NCBI GenBank assembly: GCA_030390025.1
Contig: CM059425.1
Location: forward strand, 170,316,001 to 170,380,000
DNA from: Squalus acanthias
Taxonomy: Eukaryota
Direction of reading: 5' to 3'
DNA: 64,000 nt
The translations under genes were made by a program, and so were the position numbers. This document shows, piece by piece, positions 1 through 11,515 of the stretch. The number at the start of each line of letters is the position of its first letter. The first letter of the stretch is position 1. The notes under the pieces were generated by a model. That model was not told the DNA's origin and did no database searches. It worked only from the letters and a program-made list of their open reading frames with translations.

Positions 1-257
1 AAGAGAAATAAAGAGAGGGGAAAAAAGACTGGATTAAGAGAGAGAGAAAAAGAGAGAAGGGAAAAGTAAGAGTTTTTTTATTTAAAATTTATATTTTTTA
101 AATCTCCTAAAACAATTCACAACCTGAAGGAATGAGACACCACAGTTATAATTATTTACTTTCTGGGCAATAGAGACTAATTGGCAATAATTAACAATTA
201 TCACATTGTTAAAAAGGTCCTTACTTTATTCATTACTAGAGACTCTCTTGAATGCTT

Positions 258-406
258 CTTTCCACACATGGAGCAGGTGAACAGACTGTCCCTGGTGTGA
301 CTGCGCCAATGAACTTCCGACGCAGACGGGGAACTGAATCCCTTCCCGCCGTCCCCAACTTTACCCAATTTCTCCCCGGCGTGACTGTGCATGTGTCTCG
401 CCAGGT
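258..406 (-). pseudogene. Degenerate C2H2 zinc-finger gene fragment (about 1.5 fingers)
   Basis: Translation RHMHSHAGEKLGKVGDGGKGFSSPSASEVHWRSHTRDSLFTCSMCGK follows the HTGEKPxKCxDCGKGF...HxRxHTGERPFTCSxCGK linker/finger pattern; two Cys are lost. Confidence 0.7.
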
Positions 407-410
407 CAGG

Positions 411-458
411 CATTAATTGCCCATTAAATTCTGTGGAGAATTTAATGGGCAAATAATG
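411..458. repeat. 22-bp inverted repeat (hairpin, 4-nt loop)
   Basis: cattaattgcccattaaattct (411-432) pairs with agaatttaatgggcaaataatg (437-458), one mismatch. Confidence 0.85.
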
Positions 459-489
459 TACAAATGCAGAACGGTAATCGAGGTCGTAT

Positions 490-2093
490 ATTAGAAATAG
501 TGAGTTCAGGTTTGATCCGCCGAACTCAATGGTGAGCTTCTTATGCTGCTTTTGAAAATCCAGCCCTAAGATAAGATCACTACATAAGTCCTTGAGCACC
601 GAAAGCCGGGTGGAGGGATACCTGCGACCATTAAGTGTTATTTCAACCATACAAAAGCCAGAAATTCTGGTATTAAGTGATGACTGAGCCATCGCAATTG
701 CCTGGTCCGATGGGAAAACATGTAGCTTTAACTCTGCAACAATCTGTTCCCTAATGAAACTATCAGTGCTACCTGAGTCAATTAAGGCATCTAAAGTATG
801 TCCATTAATTGATGCTTTTGTAGCTGCATGGAATAGGTTCTGAGGACAAGCAGCTGTAATTGGTGTCGTTGCACAAAGAGTGGCTGAAACTCTAGGTGTG
901 TTTCTTCGAGAGAAAACCCGAGAGGAAGCACGATAGATTTTAGCCGGAACATCTGATAGGCCCTTACCGGGCAGTTCGGTAGGACTTAGCTTGATAAGCC
1001 CTCGTAGAGGCTCTTGATAGGCAAACCTTTGCAAAATGACCCTTTTGTTGCAATGACTGCAAAACGCATTGCGAGCAGGGCAGAATTTCCGAGGGTGAAA
1101 CTCATCACCACAAAAGAAGCATTTCTTAGATTGCCAAGAGGCTGCCACAGTGGGGTCATCATCCTCTTCATCAGTGAAGTCATCAGATTGATCGTCAGGG
1201 ATAAAGTCCTCCCTAATAGAGTTCACCTGTGGCCTCTTAAATTGCCTGACTGTAGTTAAGGCAGCAGACCGAGGTCTGGCACTGTATAAAGGTCTGCATT
1301 TCTTTTTGCCAGATCTAGAGAGCAAGCCATGTCATAAGCTCTCTGAAGCTCAAGTGTCTTACTTTCCAGTAGACGCTGGCGTATAAATGGGGAGGCAAGC
1401 CCGCAGATGAAAGCATCACGGATCATTTCTTCACGGTACAGCTCAGCTGAGGCCGCCTGAAAGTTACAGTCCATACTAAGTCTGCGAAGCTCTTGGAGGA
1501 ATTTATCAATGGATTCCTCCGGCCCTTGTTGGCTGTAGCTAGTAGATGTCTGGCATAGACCTCATTCGGTGTCTTAGTATATAGTCTTTTAAGCGTCCGA
1601 ATTGCCTCCTCGTAACTGCCCCATTCCTCAACATACTGAAATACATTCGGAGTGACACAGTTGATGAGTATCCGCAACTTTGTGTCATCATCAGCCTTGC
1701 AGTATTCGAGAAAATTGTCAAACGTGCGATACCAGTGTTTCCACACCTTACCGGCTGCTGGGTGTTGGGTCCAAGTCAAGACGCGATGTTTAAGGATGTT
1801 TTCCATGATGGTGATTCCCTGGATCCTTAGTTCCGAGTTCGTCCAAAAAGTTTGAGTGCGAAGTTTTTCAAAGTTGATTAAATTGTCGTAAGAATGAGCC
1901 TTACGCGTGGTGAACTTAAAGTAAGCTTTAATCAACTAAAAAGGTGCTACATACAAAAGAGGTCTTACTCTATGCCTCTCCAGGATCCAACTGCTCAGTC
2001 CAGTATTTATCCTGGACTAATCACAGGAAGTGATGCAATAAAGTTCGAGTCACAGGAAGCTGTATTGTGTTACCACACACACAATCTACCACA
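490..2093 (-). mobile_element. Ty3/Gypsy LTR retrotransposon, 5' part only (LTR, gag, protease), truncated before RT
   Basis: Frameshifted gag from ATG 1806 (WKHWYRTFDNFL...RDAFICGL), Cys/His knuckle CFFCGDEFHPRKFCPA, aspartic protease LIDSGSTDSFI...DLILGLDF; LTR at 1884-2093. Confidence 0.9.
1884..2093 (-). repeat. 5' LTR of the Gypsy element (210 bp)
   Basis: TG...CA ends with imperfect terminal inverted repeat (tgtggtaga / cttacgaca), TATA-like ATAAATA near 2004-2010, ATTAAA near 1927-1932; similar to the solo LTR at 59393-59607. Confidence 0.8.
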
Positions 2094-2597
2094 AGCAGCT
2101 AAATTATTTCAAATAACCCTAAGTTTATTTAGAAGAGAAATGCTCATCACATTCTTAAATTGTTTCTCTGGAAATTGTAATATTGTGCATCCATGTGTTG
2201 GATAAGCTTTTTCATATTCTCTTTATTTTAACAGTGATCTTAAACACTACGGTGTAGCATTAACTATGCCAAGAAATAAGAGAAAATAAGGTACTGAAAT
2301 ATGCCACATATTGTCATCAAACAGATTAAGCGATATATTACTGATCCTCCTCAACAGAAACGTCTAGAGCTTACTCTATTTAACATGAAAATAAATAAAA
2401 TTACACTTATAAGCAAAGAACAAGTAACCAGGGACAAAGATCAAAATCCCTTCCCTGCTAAAATACTTAATTTTTATTAATCAAATCAAGTGTAATGTCC
2501 TTCAGGTGTTAATATAGCTGAGGCTTCAAAAGATAGAATGTAGTAATGCATAAAATTAATAGCACATTATTCACTTTTTCAAAGAACTAAAAATGTT

Positions 2598-3826
2598 CTC
2601 TTCCCACTCCCGCACCGTTACCTCTGGAACCCCCAACAATCTATCCTTGGCCCCCTCCTATTTCTTATCTACATGCTGCCCCTCGGCGACATCATCTGAA
2701 AACACAGCATCAGATTCCACATGTACACTGACGACATTCAGCTCTACCTCACCACCACCTCTCTTGACCCCTCCAGACTCTTTGCAACCTTGGTGTCCTA
2801 TTTGACCCTGAACTCAGCTTCCGACCCCATATCCTCTCCATCACCAAGGCTGCCTACTTCCACCTCTGCAACATTGCCTGTCTCCGCCCCGCCTCAGTCC
2901 ATCTGCTGCTGAAACCATGCTTTTGTTACCTCCAGACTCGACTATTCCAATGTTTTCCTGGCTGGTCTCCCATCTTCAACTCTCCGTAAACTTCAGCTCA
3001 TCCAAAGCTCCGCTGCCTGTATCCTGACTTGCACCAAGTCCCGTTCACCCATCACCCCTGCGCTCACTGACCTACATTCACCCATCACCCCTGCGCTCAC
3101 TGACCTACATTCACCCATCACCCCTGCGCTCGCTGACCTACATTCACCCATCACCCCTGCGCTCGCTGACCTACATTCACCCATCACCCCTGCGCTCGCT
3201 GACCTACATTCACCCATCACCCCTGCGCTCGCTGACCTACATTCACCCATCACCCCTGCGCTCACTGACCTACATTCACCCATCACCCCTGCGCTCACTG
3301 ACCTACATTCACCCATCACCCCTGCGCTCACTGACCTACATTCACCCATCACCCCTGCGCTCACTGACCTACATTCACCCATCACCCCTGCGCTCACTGA
3401 CCTACACTGGCTCCCAGTACATCAATGCCTCAAATTTAAAATTCTCAGCCTTTTTTTCAAATCCCTCCGTGGCGGCGCCCCTCACTTTCTCTGTAACTTC
3501 CTCCAGCCCCACAACCCTCCGGGAACTCTGCGCTTTATCAATACTGGCCTCTTGTGTATCCCTGATTTCCCTTGAACCTCCATTGGCGGCCGTGCCTTCA
3601 GTTGTCTAGGCCCTAAGCTCTGGAATTCCCTCCCTAAACCTTTCCATCTCTCTCCTCCTTTAAAACACTTCTTAAAACCTCCCTCTTTGACCAAGCTTTT
3701 GGTCACCTGTCCTAATATCTCCTTATGTGGCTCGGAGTCAAATTTTGTCTAATAATGCTCCTGTGAAGCACCTTGGGATGTTTTATTACGTTAAAAGGAC
3801 TACATAAATGCAAATTGTTGTTGTTG
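2598..3826 (+). mobile_element. L2-type LINE, 5'-truncated 3' end with internal deletion and VNTR
   Basis: RT remnant YTDDIQLYL, typical L2 ORF2 C-terminal region, 3' tail ending in (TTG)n. Confidence 0.85.
3045..3407 (+). repeat. 33-bp tandem repeat x11 inside the L2 copy
   Basis: Unit ttcacccatcacccctgcgctcRctgacctaca; occurs once in the sister L2 at about 6548-6580. Confidence 0.95.
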
Positions 3827-4359
3827 ATTCTTACAACTCACTCATTACTTTAATTATCATTTTTGATTTATGCTGAGATACTTACTCAACGAATAAAATT
3901 GACATCCATTCATTGCTGCACATTATCATCAATATAATTCATATCTGACTTGGTGTTTTATCATCTGTGAAAATCTGACAAAGTTTTTGGTGGCTATATT
4001 TGTGAATAAAAAAATTGTACAGTTAAGTATGTATACACCGCAACTGGAAAAAGGTTCTAGTCAGTGTGCTCGAAAGCAATGAAATTAGATTTGAAGACCT
4101 CCAGCTAGTACAGATATGAGATGGTGTGCTGTAGGGGTGATCTCAACAATCCAAATTGTTCAGTTCTGATTTATTCAGCTTCATTTGAAAAGCCGAATTG
4201 TAGCCCACATGGCACGTTTAATTAAGATAAATAGCCCACTACACTACATGTGTGTGATCACTTTATCAGCTTTTTTGTCTGCTTCCTATATTAACAATAT
4301 CGTGTGGTCTGTTCTGCCTCACCATTTGTTCTCTGCGTGAATGCGATATTGATAAATGA

Positions 4360-4660
4360 TCGGGCTTAGAAATTGAAGGAACGGTATCAAAATTAGCTGA
4401 TGGCACCAAATTGGGGGGGATGGAAAACTGTGACAAGATAGACTAGCAGGATAGGCAGGTGCTGGTCAATGTAGAAAAATGTGAAGCAATACATCTTGTA
4501 AATAAGGATAAGGAAAGGAAATACACCTTAAATGGTAAGATTTTAAATGGAGCAGAGGAGTAGAGGGATCTTGCTGTGCAGATGCACAGTTCATTAAAAG
4601 TGACAAGTAGATAAAACTATACAAAAGGAAAACAGCATCTTTGGTTTCTATTTAGAGACA
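4360..4660 (+). mobile_element. Old degenerate CR1 LINE RT fragment
   Basis: KLADGTKLGG and NVEKCEAIHL-like remnants with indels. Confidence 0.65.
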
Positions 4661-5267
4661 TGGGCCCCAAAAATCTGTGGGGGAGCAGCATGCTGCGTGC
4701 CCATCCGTGCACTCCACTGCTGACGCTCTAAAGTTTACAATGGTCAGATGACGAAGAATGGGCTTTGCTTCTTTAGGGGCGTATCTGAGGTCCCTCCCGC
4801 CCTCAGCCAAAGATGGCAGCTGAAGCCAGAGTGGAGATGAGGGTTTTTGATCCCAGCTTTTGCAAGGTTGGGAAACATTGAGGTTGGTGGTTGGGTGGGG
4901 GTGGGGGGGGGGGGCGGGGGTGGCATTGGGGTGGTGGTCTTTGAATGAGATGAGAATGTTAACAGTCTGAGAAGTGATGATTTGGTGTTCAGTAGTGGGG
5001 TCATCATCCAGAAGGAGATAGGAAAAGTCATCAGATAGTTGGTGTTCAGCCTCAGCCAGGTAGAACTCCTTCTGCCATATAGCAACAGTGCCCCCTTTGT
5101 CTGCAAGTTTAATGGTGTTGGCATTGGAACTGAGAGAACGGGGAGCAATAAGAACAGAGGAATATAGATTAGAGTGGGAGAGAGGAGTAGAGAAACTGAG
5201 ATAGCCAATGTCACAGTGATGAAAACAGCTCTTGATGAAAAGATCGAGAGTAAGTAGGAGGGATCCA

Positions 5268-5571
5268 AGAAAGAAGAAAGAAAGAAAGACTTGGATTTAT
5301 ATAGCGCCTTTCACGACCACTGGACGTCTCAAAGCGCTTTACAGCCAATGAAATACTTTTGAAGTGTAGTCACTGTTGTAATGTAGGAAACGCGGCAGCC
5401 AATTTGCGCACAGCAAGCTCCCACAAACAGCAATGTGATAATGACCAGATAATCTGTTTTGGTTATGTTGATTGAGGGATAAACATTGGCCAGGACACCG
5501 GGCATAACTCCCCTATTCTTCTTCGAAATAGTGCCATGAGATTTTTTTACGTCCACCTGAGAGAGCAGACA
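5268..5571 (-). mobile_element. Deu-domain SINE (SacSINE1-like), 5'-truncated
   Basis: Deu-like core (gtctgctctctcaggtggacgtaaaa...catggcactatttcgaagaag), L2-like 3' tail and (CTTT)n end; near-identical to 37558-37890. Confidence 0.75.
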
Positions 5572-5902
5572 AGTCAAGCTTGGAATTCTTTTGAGATATG
5601 GGCATAGGTGGATGGTTCATTCAGAGTCAGAAGGGGGAATGTCTGGAGTGGATGGTGGAAACATGATTAACAGGTAGATATTTAGAATTAAGTGACTGTT
5701 AAACTTCAAAAAAGGCTGCAAATCAAATACAAATTTGAACAGATCTCACAAGATGTTTGTTCATGAACACCTGGCCTAGGTCAGAACAAATAAATTCTGC
5801 AATTATTGTAGAAATAAACTAGGGCATGCTTTTCTGTGAGTGATGCTGGTTTTTAAAATTACAATATGAGACATTAGCATATGAAGACTAAATGTATTCA
5901 TC

Positions 5903-6990
5903 TGTTCCTATTTCTCATCTACATGCTGCCCCTTGGCAACATCATCCGAAAACATGGCATCAGTTTCCACATGTACACTGACGACACCCAGCTCTACCTC
6001 ACCACCATTTCTCTCGACCCCTCCAGATTCTTTGCAACCTCGGTGTCCTATTTGACCCTGAACTCAGCTTCCGACCCCATATCCTCTTCATCACCAGTAC
6101 GGTCTCTAAATTGTCAGACTGCTTGTTCGACATCTAGTAGTGGATAAGCAGAAATTTTCTACAATTAAATATTGGGAAGACTGAAGCCATTGTCTTCGGA
6201 CCTGCGCCACAAACTCCGTTCCCTAGCCACCTACTCAATCCCTCTCCCTAACATCTGTCTGAGGCTGAACCAGACTGTTCACAACCTTGGAGTCATATTT
6301 GACCCTGAAATGAGCTTCTGACCACATATCCGCAGCATAACTAAGACCGCCTATTTCCACCTCCGTCACATCGCCCGTCTTCTCCCTTGCCTCAGCTGAT
6401 CTGCTGCTGAAACCCTCATTCATGCCTTTGTTACCTCTAGACTTGACTATTCCAACGCACTCCTGGCTGACCTCCCACATTCTACCCTACGTAAACTTAT
6501 GGTCATCCAAAACTCGCTGCCTGTGTCCTAACTTGCACCAAGTCCCGTTCGCCCATCACCCTTGTGCTCGCTGACCTACATTGGCTCCTGGTTAAGCAAC
6601 GCCTCGATTTCAAAATTCTCATCCAAATCCCTCCATGGCCTCGCCCCTCCCTATCTCTGTAATTTCCTGCAGCTCCACAACCCCCCGAGATATCTGCACT
6701 TCTCAAATTCTGCCCTCTTGAGCATCCCTGATTATAATCGCTCAACCATTGGTGGCCGTGCCTTCAGCTGCCTAGGCCCTAAGCTCTGGAACTCCCTCCC
6801 TAAACCTCTCCACCTCGCTACCTCTCTTTCCTCTTTTAAAACGCTCCTTAAAACCAAGCTTTTGGTCATCTGCCCTAATTTCTTCTTAAGTGGCTCAGTG
6901 TCAAATTTTTATCTTATAACACTCCTGTGAAGCGCCTTGGGACGTTTTACTATGTTAAAGGTGCTATATAAATACAAGTTGTTGTTGTTG
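5903..6990 (+). mobile_element. L2-type LINE 3' fragment
   Basis: YTDDTQLYL RT remnant, IGGRAFSCLGPKLWNSLP C-terminus, (TTG)n tail. Confidence 0.85.
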
Positions 6991-7236
6991 AAATGGCTCT
7001 CTGCTATTTTAGCAGACAATAAATAACCTGTTTTAAAATAAATGGCTCAAAGTTTTTGTTCAAACTGCTGAGAGGGAAACTTTCAATAAATCCATTCAGC
7101 ATTCCTACTGGAGTCTCTTAGTATAATTTTCATGTCAATGTGGTTATTCTAAAACATTCAAAATAAAATCTTATAAACGACATTTACTGAACATCAGTAT
7201 GAAAAATGTCACAGAACAGAATGACTAGTTTGTCTG

Positions 7237-7420
7237 GCAGCATCTATGGAGAGAGAAACAGAGTTAACGTTTCAGGTCAATGACCCTTCGTCAGAATCTT
7301 CGTCATCGACCTGAAATGTTAACTCTGTTTCTCTCTCCACAGATGCTGCCTGACCTGCTGAGTATTTCCAGCATTTTCTGTTTTTATTTCAGATTTCCAG
7401 CATCCGCAGTATTTTGCTTT
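7237..7420. mobile_element. Penelope-like short insertion with inverted 5' segment and 15-bp target duplication
   Basis: About 50-bp inverted repeat (7236-7285 vs 7302-7350); flanked by tgactagtttgtctg at 7222-7236 and 7421-7435. Family assignment from recalled shark repeats. Confidence 0.7.
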
Positions 7421-7567
7421 TGACTAGTTTGTCTGTTTTACTAAATAACACATTCAACTGAAATGGTTTTCCATCAGTCCTAACCAATGACAGTACATCA
7501 GCCCAAGGAGAAGACTTTTTGTCGCTTTATTTCTATGGCAATTTTTCTCATTAATTTATAGATTATA

Positions 7568-7830
7568 ACAACAACTTACATTGATATAGTGCCTTTAATG
7601 TAGTAAAACATCCCAAGGCGCTTCACAGGAGTATTATCAAACACATTCTGACACCGAACCACATAAGGAGATATTAGGACTGGTGGAGGTAGGTTTTAAG
7701 GAGCATCTTAAAGGAGGAGGGCAGGGTAGAGAGACGGAGGGGCTTAGGAAGGATTTCCAGAGCCTAGGACCTTGGCAACCGAAGGCACAGCCGTCAATGG
7801 TGGAGTGATTAAAATCGGGGATGCGCAAGA
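7568..7830 (-). mobile_element. L2-type LINE 3' tail
   Basis: Reverse complement of the 3' end seen at 6720-6990, starting with (CAA)n. Confidence 0.8.
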
Positions 7831-8248
7831 ATTATGTAGCAAGCAATACATTGCAAGCATTTTACACACCTTTATTTAGTCATACATCACTACCAGCGCT
7901 GTTGTGTCATCTCCATCATTATTTCTGCGGTCCAAAAGTACATTTAATAGCCAACCTTATTTTATGTCTATAATACGCATGCTTACAATTATACTCAGCT
8001 TCATTCTGTGAACTTTATATTGGTGGGAAGTAATAAATCACTGTTTTAACATTTAACATTAGTTCTTTAATAGCCAGCCTTGCAGTCAATTATCCTGTTC
8101 AAATAATGTCAGCATACGTGTATTATTATTATTAATGAAGGAATTATGCGCAGAACCAACTGGTTCACCTCAATTGCCATAATAATGCTTTGTGCTTTGT
8201 AAACTATGTGCATGTTAAATGAGTAACATCAATTTTAATAAATATTGA

Positions 8249-8430
8249 CGGGGACTTTGGAGGTTAAGTTTGTCTTGGGCGATGGTGCAATACAGGCGAT
8301 GGTGCAAAACAGCGCATCGGCAGTCTGTTTTACACTCTGGTCAATTCATTTTTCCCCAATGGAAAAGAGAATCAGGTGGAGTGTAAAATGGGCTGATGAC
8401 TTAATGTCACCCAAGACTAATTTCATCATT
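8249..8430. mobile_element. Short palindromic MITE-like element
   Basis: Nested inverted repeats aagtttgtcttgggcgat / gtcacccaagactaattt and tttacactc / gagtgtaaa. Confidence 0.5.
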
Positions 8431-8436
8431 TTAATA

Positions 8437-10700
8437 TGATAAGGCAGGATCTGGCCAAAGTGGACTGGGATCAGCTACTTGTAGGGAAATACAGAGCAGT
8501 GGGAGTCTTTCAGAAAGGAAATAAATGAGAAGTCGCACAACACCAGGTTATAGTCCAACAGATTTATTTAATTTTACAAGCTTTCGAAGCAGTTCGCTCC
8601 TTCGTCAGGTAAGTTAGCAAGGAAATAGAGAGAGTACAACGCCAACATATTCCCGTAAAGGTCAAGGGTGGGACCAACAAGCCCAGGGAACCCTGGATGT
8701 CAAGGGATATGCAAGAATGGATTAGAAAAAAAAAGGGAGGCTTTTGGCAGATACAAAGGACGAAAAACAGTGGAAGCCCTAGAGGAGTATAGAAAGTGCA
8801 GGGGGGTAATTCAAAAAGAAATTAGGAGAGCGAAGAGGGGGCATGAAAAAACACTGGCGGGCAAAATAAAGGAAAATCCCAAGGTGTTTTATAAGTATAT
8901 TAAGGGCAAGAGGATAACCAAGGAAAGAGTAGGGCCCATTAGGGACCAAAGTGGCAATCTGTGTGTAGAGCCGAAAGATGTAGGTAAGGTTTTAAATAAA
9001 TATTTTGCATCTGTGTTCACTATGGAGAAGAACGATGTAGGCATAGAAATCAGGCAGGGGGATTGTGATATACTTGAACAAATTAGTATTGAGAGGGAGG
9101 AGGTACTAGCGGTTTTAGCGGGCTTAAAAGTGGATAAATCCCCAGGCCCTGACGGGATGTATCCCAGGCTGCTGTGTGAGGCAAGGGAGGAGATTGCAGG
9201 GGCTCTGACACAAATTTTCAGAACCTCTCTGGCCGCAGGGGAGGTGCCAGAGGACTGGAGAACAGCTAACATAGTTCAAGAAGGGTAGTAGGGATAAACC
9301 AGGGAATTACAGACCAGTGAGCCTAACATCAGTGGTAGGGAAATTATTGGAAAAAATTCTGAGGGTCAGAATTAGTCTCCACTTGGAGAGGCAGGGATTA
9401 ATCAGGGATAGTCAGCATGGCTTTGTCAGGGGGAGATCATGTCTGACCAATTTGATTGAATTTTTCGAGGGGGTGACTAGGTGTGTGGATGAGGGTAGTG
9501 CAGTTGATGTAGTCTACATGGACTTCAGTAAGGCTTTTGACAGAGTCCCACATGGGAGACTGGTCAAGAAGGTAAGAGCCCATGGGATCCAGGGCAATTT
9601 GGCACATTGGATCCAAAATTGGCTTAGTGGCAGGAGGCAGAGGGTGATGGTCGAAGGTTGTTTTTGTGACTGGAAGCCTGTGTCCAGTGGTGTACCGCAG
9701 GGATCGGTGCTGGGTCCTTTGCTGTTTGTAGTGTACATTAATGATTTAGATATGAATGTAGGAGGTATGATCAGTAAGTTCGCAGATGACACAAAAATTG
9801 GTGGAGTAGTAAATAGCGAGGAGGGAAGCCTTAGGCTACAGGACGATATAGACGGGTTGGTCAGATGGGCAGAACAGTGGCAAATGGAATTTAACCCTGA
9901 AAAGTGTGAGGTGATACATTTTGGAAGGACTAACAAGGCAAGGGAATACACAATACACAAAGGGAATGGTAGGACCCTAGGAAGGACAGAGGATCAGAGG
10001 GACCTTTGTGTGCATGTACATAGATCCCTGAAGGCAGCAGGACAGGTAGATAAGGTGGTTAAAAAGGCATATGGGATACTTGCCTTCATTAGCTGAGGCA
10101 TAGATATAAGAGCAGGGAGGTTATGATGGAGCTGTACAAAACGCTAGTTAGGCCACAGCTGGAATACTGTGTGCAGTTCTGGTCGCCGCACTATAGGAGG
10201 GATGTGATTGCATTGGAGAGGGTGCAGAGGAGATTCACCAGAATGTTACCTGGGCTGGAGTGCTTCAGCTATGAAGAGAGACTTAGAGCAGAGAAGGCTG
10301 AGGAGGGACCTGATTGAGGTGTACAAAATTATAAGGGGCATAGATAGGGTAGATAGAAAGGAACTTTTCCCCTTAGTAGAGGGGTCAATAACCAGGGGGC
10401 ATAGTTTCAAGGTAAGGGGCAGGAGGTTTAGAGGGGATTTGAGGAAAAACTTTTTCACCCAGAGGATGGTTGGAATCTGGAACTCACTGCTTGAAAGAGT
10501 GGTAGAGGCAGGAACCCTCACAACATTCAAGAAGCATTTAGATGAGAACTTGAAACGCCATAGCATACAAGGCTATGGACCAAGTGCTGGAAAATTGGAT
10601 TAGAATAGACAGGGCTTGATGGCCGGCACGGACACGATGGGCTGAAAGGCCTCTTTCTGTGCTGTATAACTCTATGACTGTATGACTCTATGACTCTATC
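8437..10700 (+). mobile_element. CR1 LINE, 5'-truncated, ORF2 reverse transcriptase pseudogene
   Basis: KSPGPDG, QHGFVRGRSCLTNL, DFSKAFD, GVPQGSVLGP, KFADDTK motifs over frameshifted ORFs 8668-9288, 9317-10096, 10123-10603; tail (CTATGACT)n. Confidence 0.95.
8524..8618. mobile_element. 95-bp insertion (Penelope-like fragment) within CR1
   Basis: Interrupts CR1 ORF2; flanked by direct repeat aaggaaata (8515-8523, 8619-8627). Confidence 0.6.
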
Positions 10701-10714
10701 TTTATCTTATAAGT

Positions 10715-11515
10715 GTTGCAAAGGTGATACATTTTGGTAGGAAGAATGAGGAGACGCAATATAAACTAAAGGGTACAATTCTAAAGGGGGTGAATGAACA
10801 GAGAGACCTGGGGGTGTATGTGCACAAATCGTTGAAGGTGGCAGGGCAGGTTGAGAAAGTGGTTAAAAAAGCACACGGGATCCTGGGCTTCATAAATAGA
10901 GGCATAGCGTACATAATCAAGGACGTTATGATGAACCTTTATAAAACACTGGTTCGGCTTCAACTGGAGTATTGTGGCCAATTCTGGGCACCGCACTTTA
11001 GGAGGATGTGAAGGCCTTAGAGAGGGTGCAGAAAAGATTTACAAGAATGGTTCTAGGGATGAGGGACTTCAGTTACGTGGATAGATTGGAGAAGCTGGGG
11101 TTGTTCTCCTTAGAGCAGAGAAGGTTGAGAGGAGATTTGATAGAGGTGTTCAAAATCATGAGGGGTCTAGACAGAGTAGATAGAGAGGAATTGTTCCCAT
11201 TGGCGGAAGGGTTGAGAACCAAAGGACACAGAGTTAAGGTGATTGGCAAAAGAACCAAAGGCGACAAGAGGAAAAACTTTTTTACGCAGCGAGTGGTTAG
11301 GATCTGGAATGCACTGCCTGAAAGGGTGGTGGAGGCAGACTCAATCGTGGCTTTCAAAAGGGAATTGTATAAGTACCTGAATGAAAAAAATTTGCAGGGC
11401 TACGGGGAAAAGGGCAGGGGAGTGGGACTAGCTGAAATGCTCTTGCAGAGAGCCGGCACGGGCTCGATGGGCCGAATAGCCTTCTTCTGTGCTGTAACCA
11501 TTCTATGATTCTATG
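10715..11515 (+). mobile_element. Second CR1 LINE 3' fragment (different subfamily)
   Basis: HFGRKN...RDLGV...LEYCGQFWAPH...FFTQRVVRIWNALP; tail (ATTCTATG)n. Confidence 0.9.

Noticed and set aside
201..1325. Functional 374-aa protease-zinc-finger fusion protein
   Set aside because: Frame is stitched from frameshifted gag-pro, filler and a finger lacking cysteines; no credible start.
2993..3397. 134-aa repeat protein (SAGVMGECRSV)n
   Set aside because: Antisense translation of the 33-bp VNTR inside an L2.
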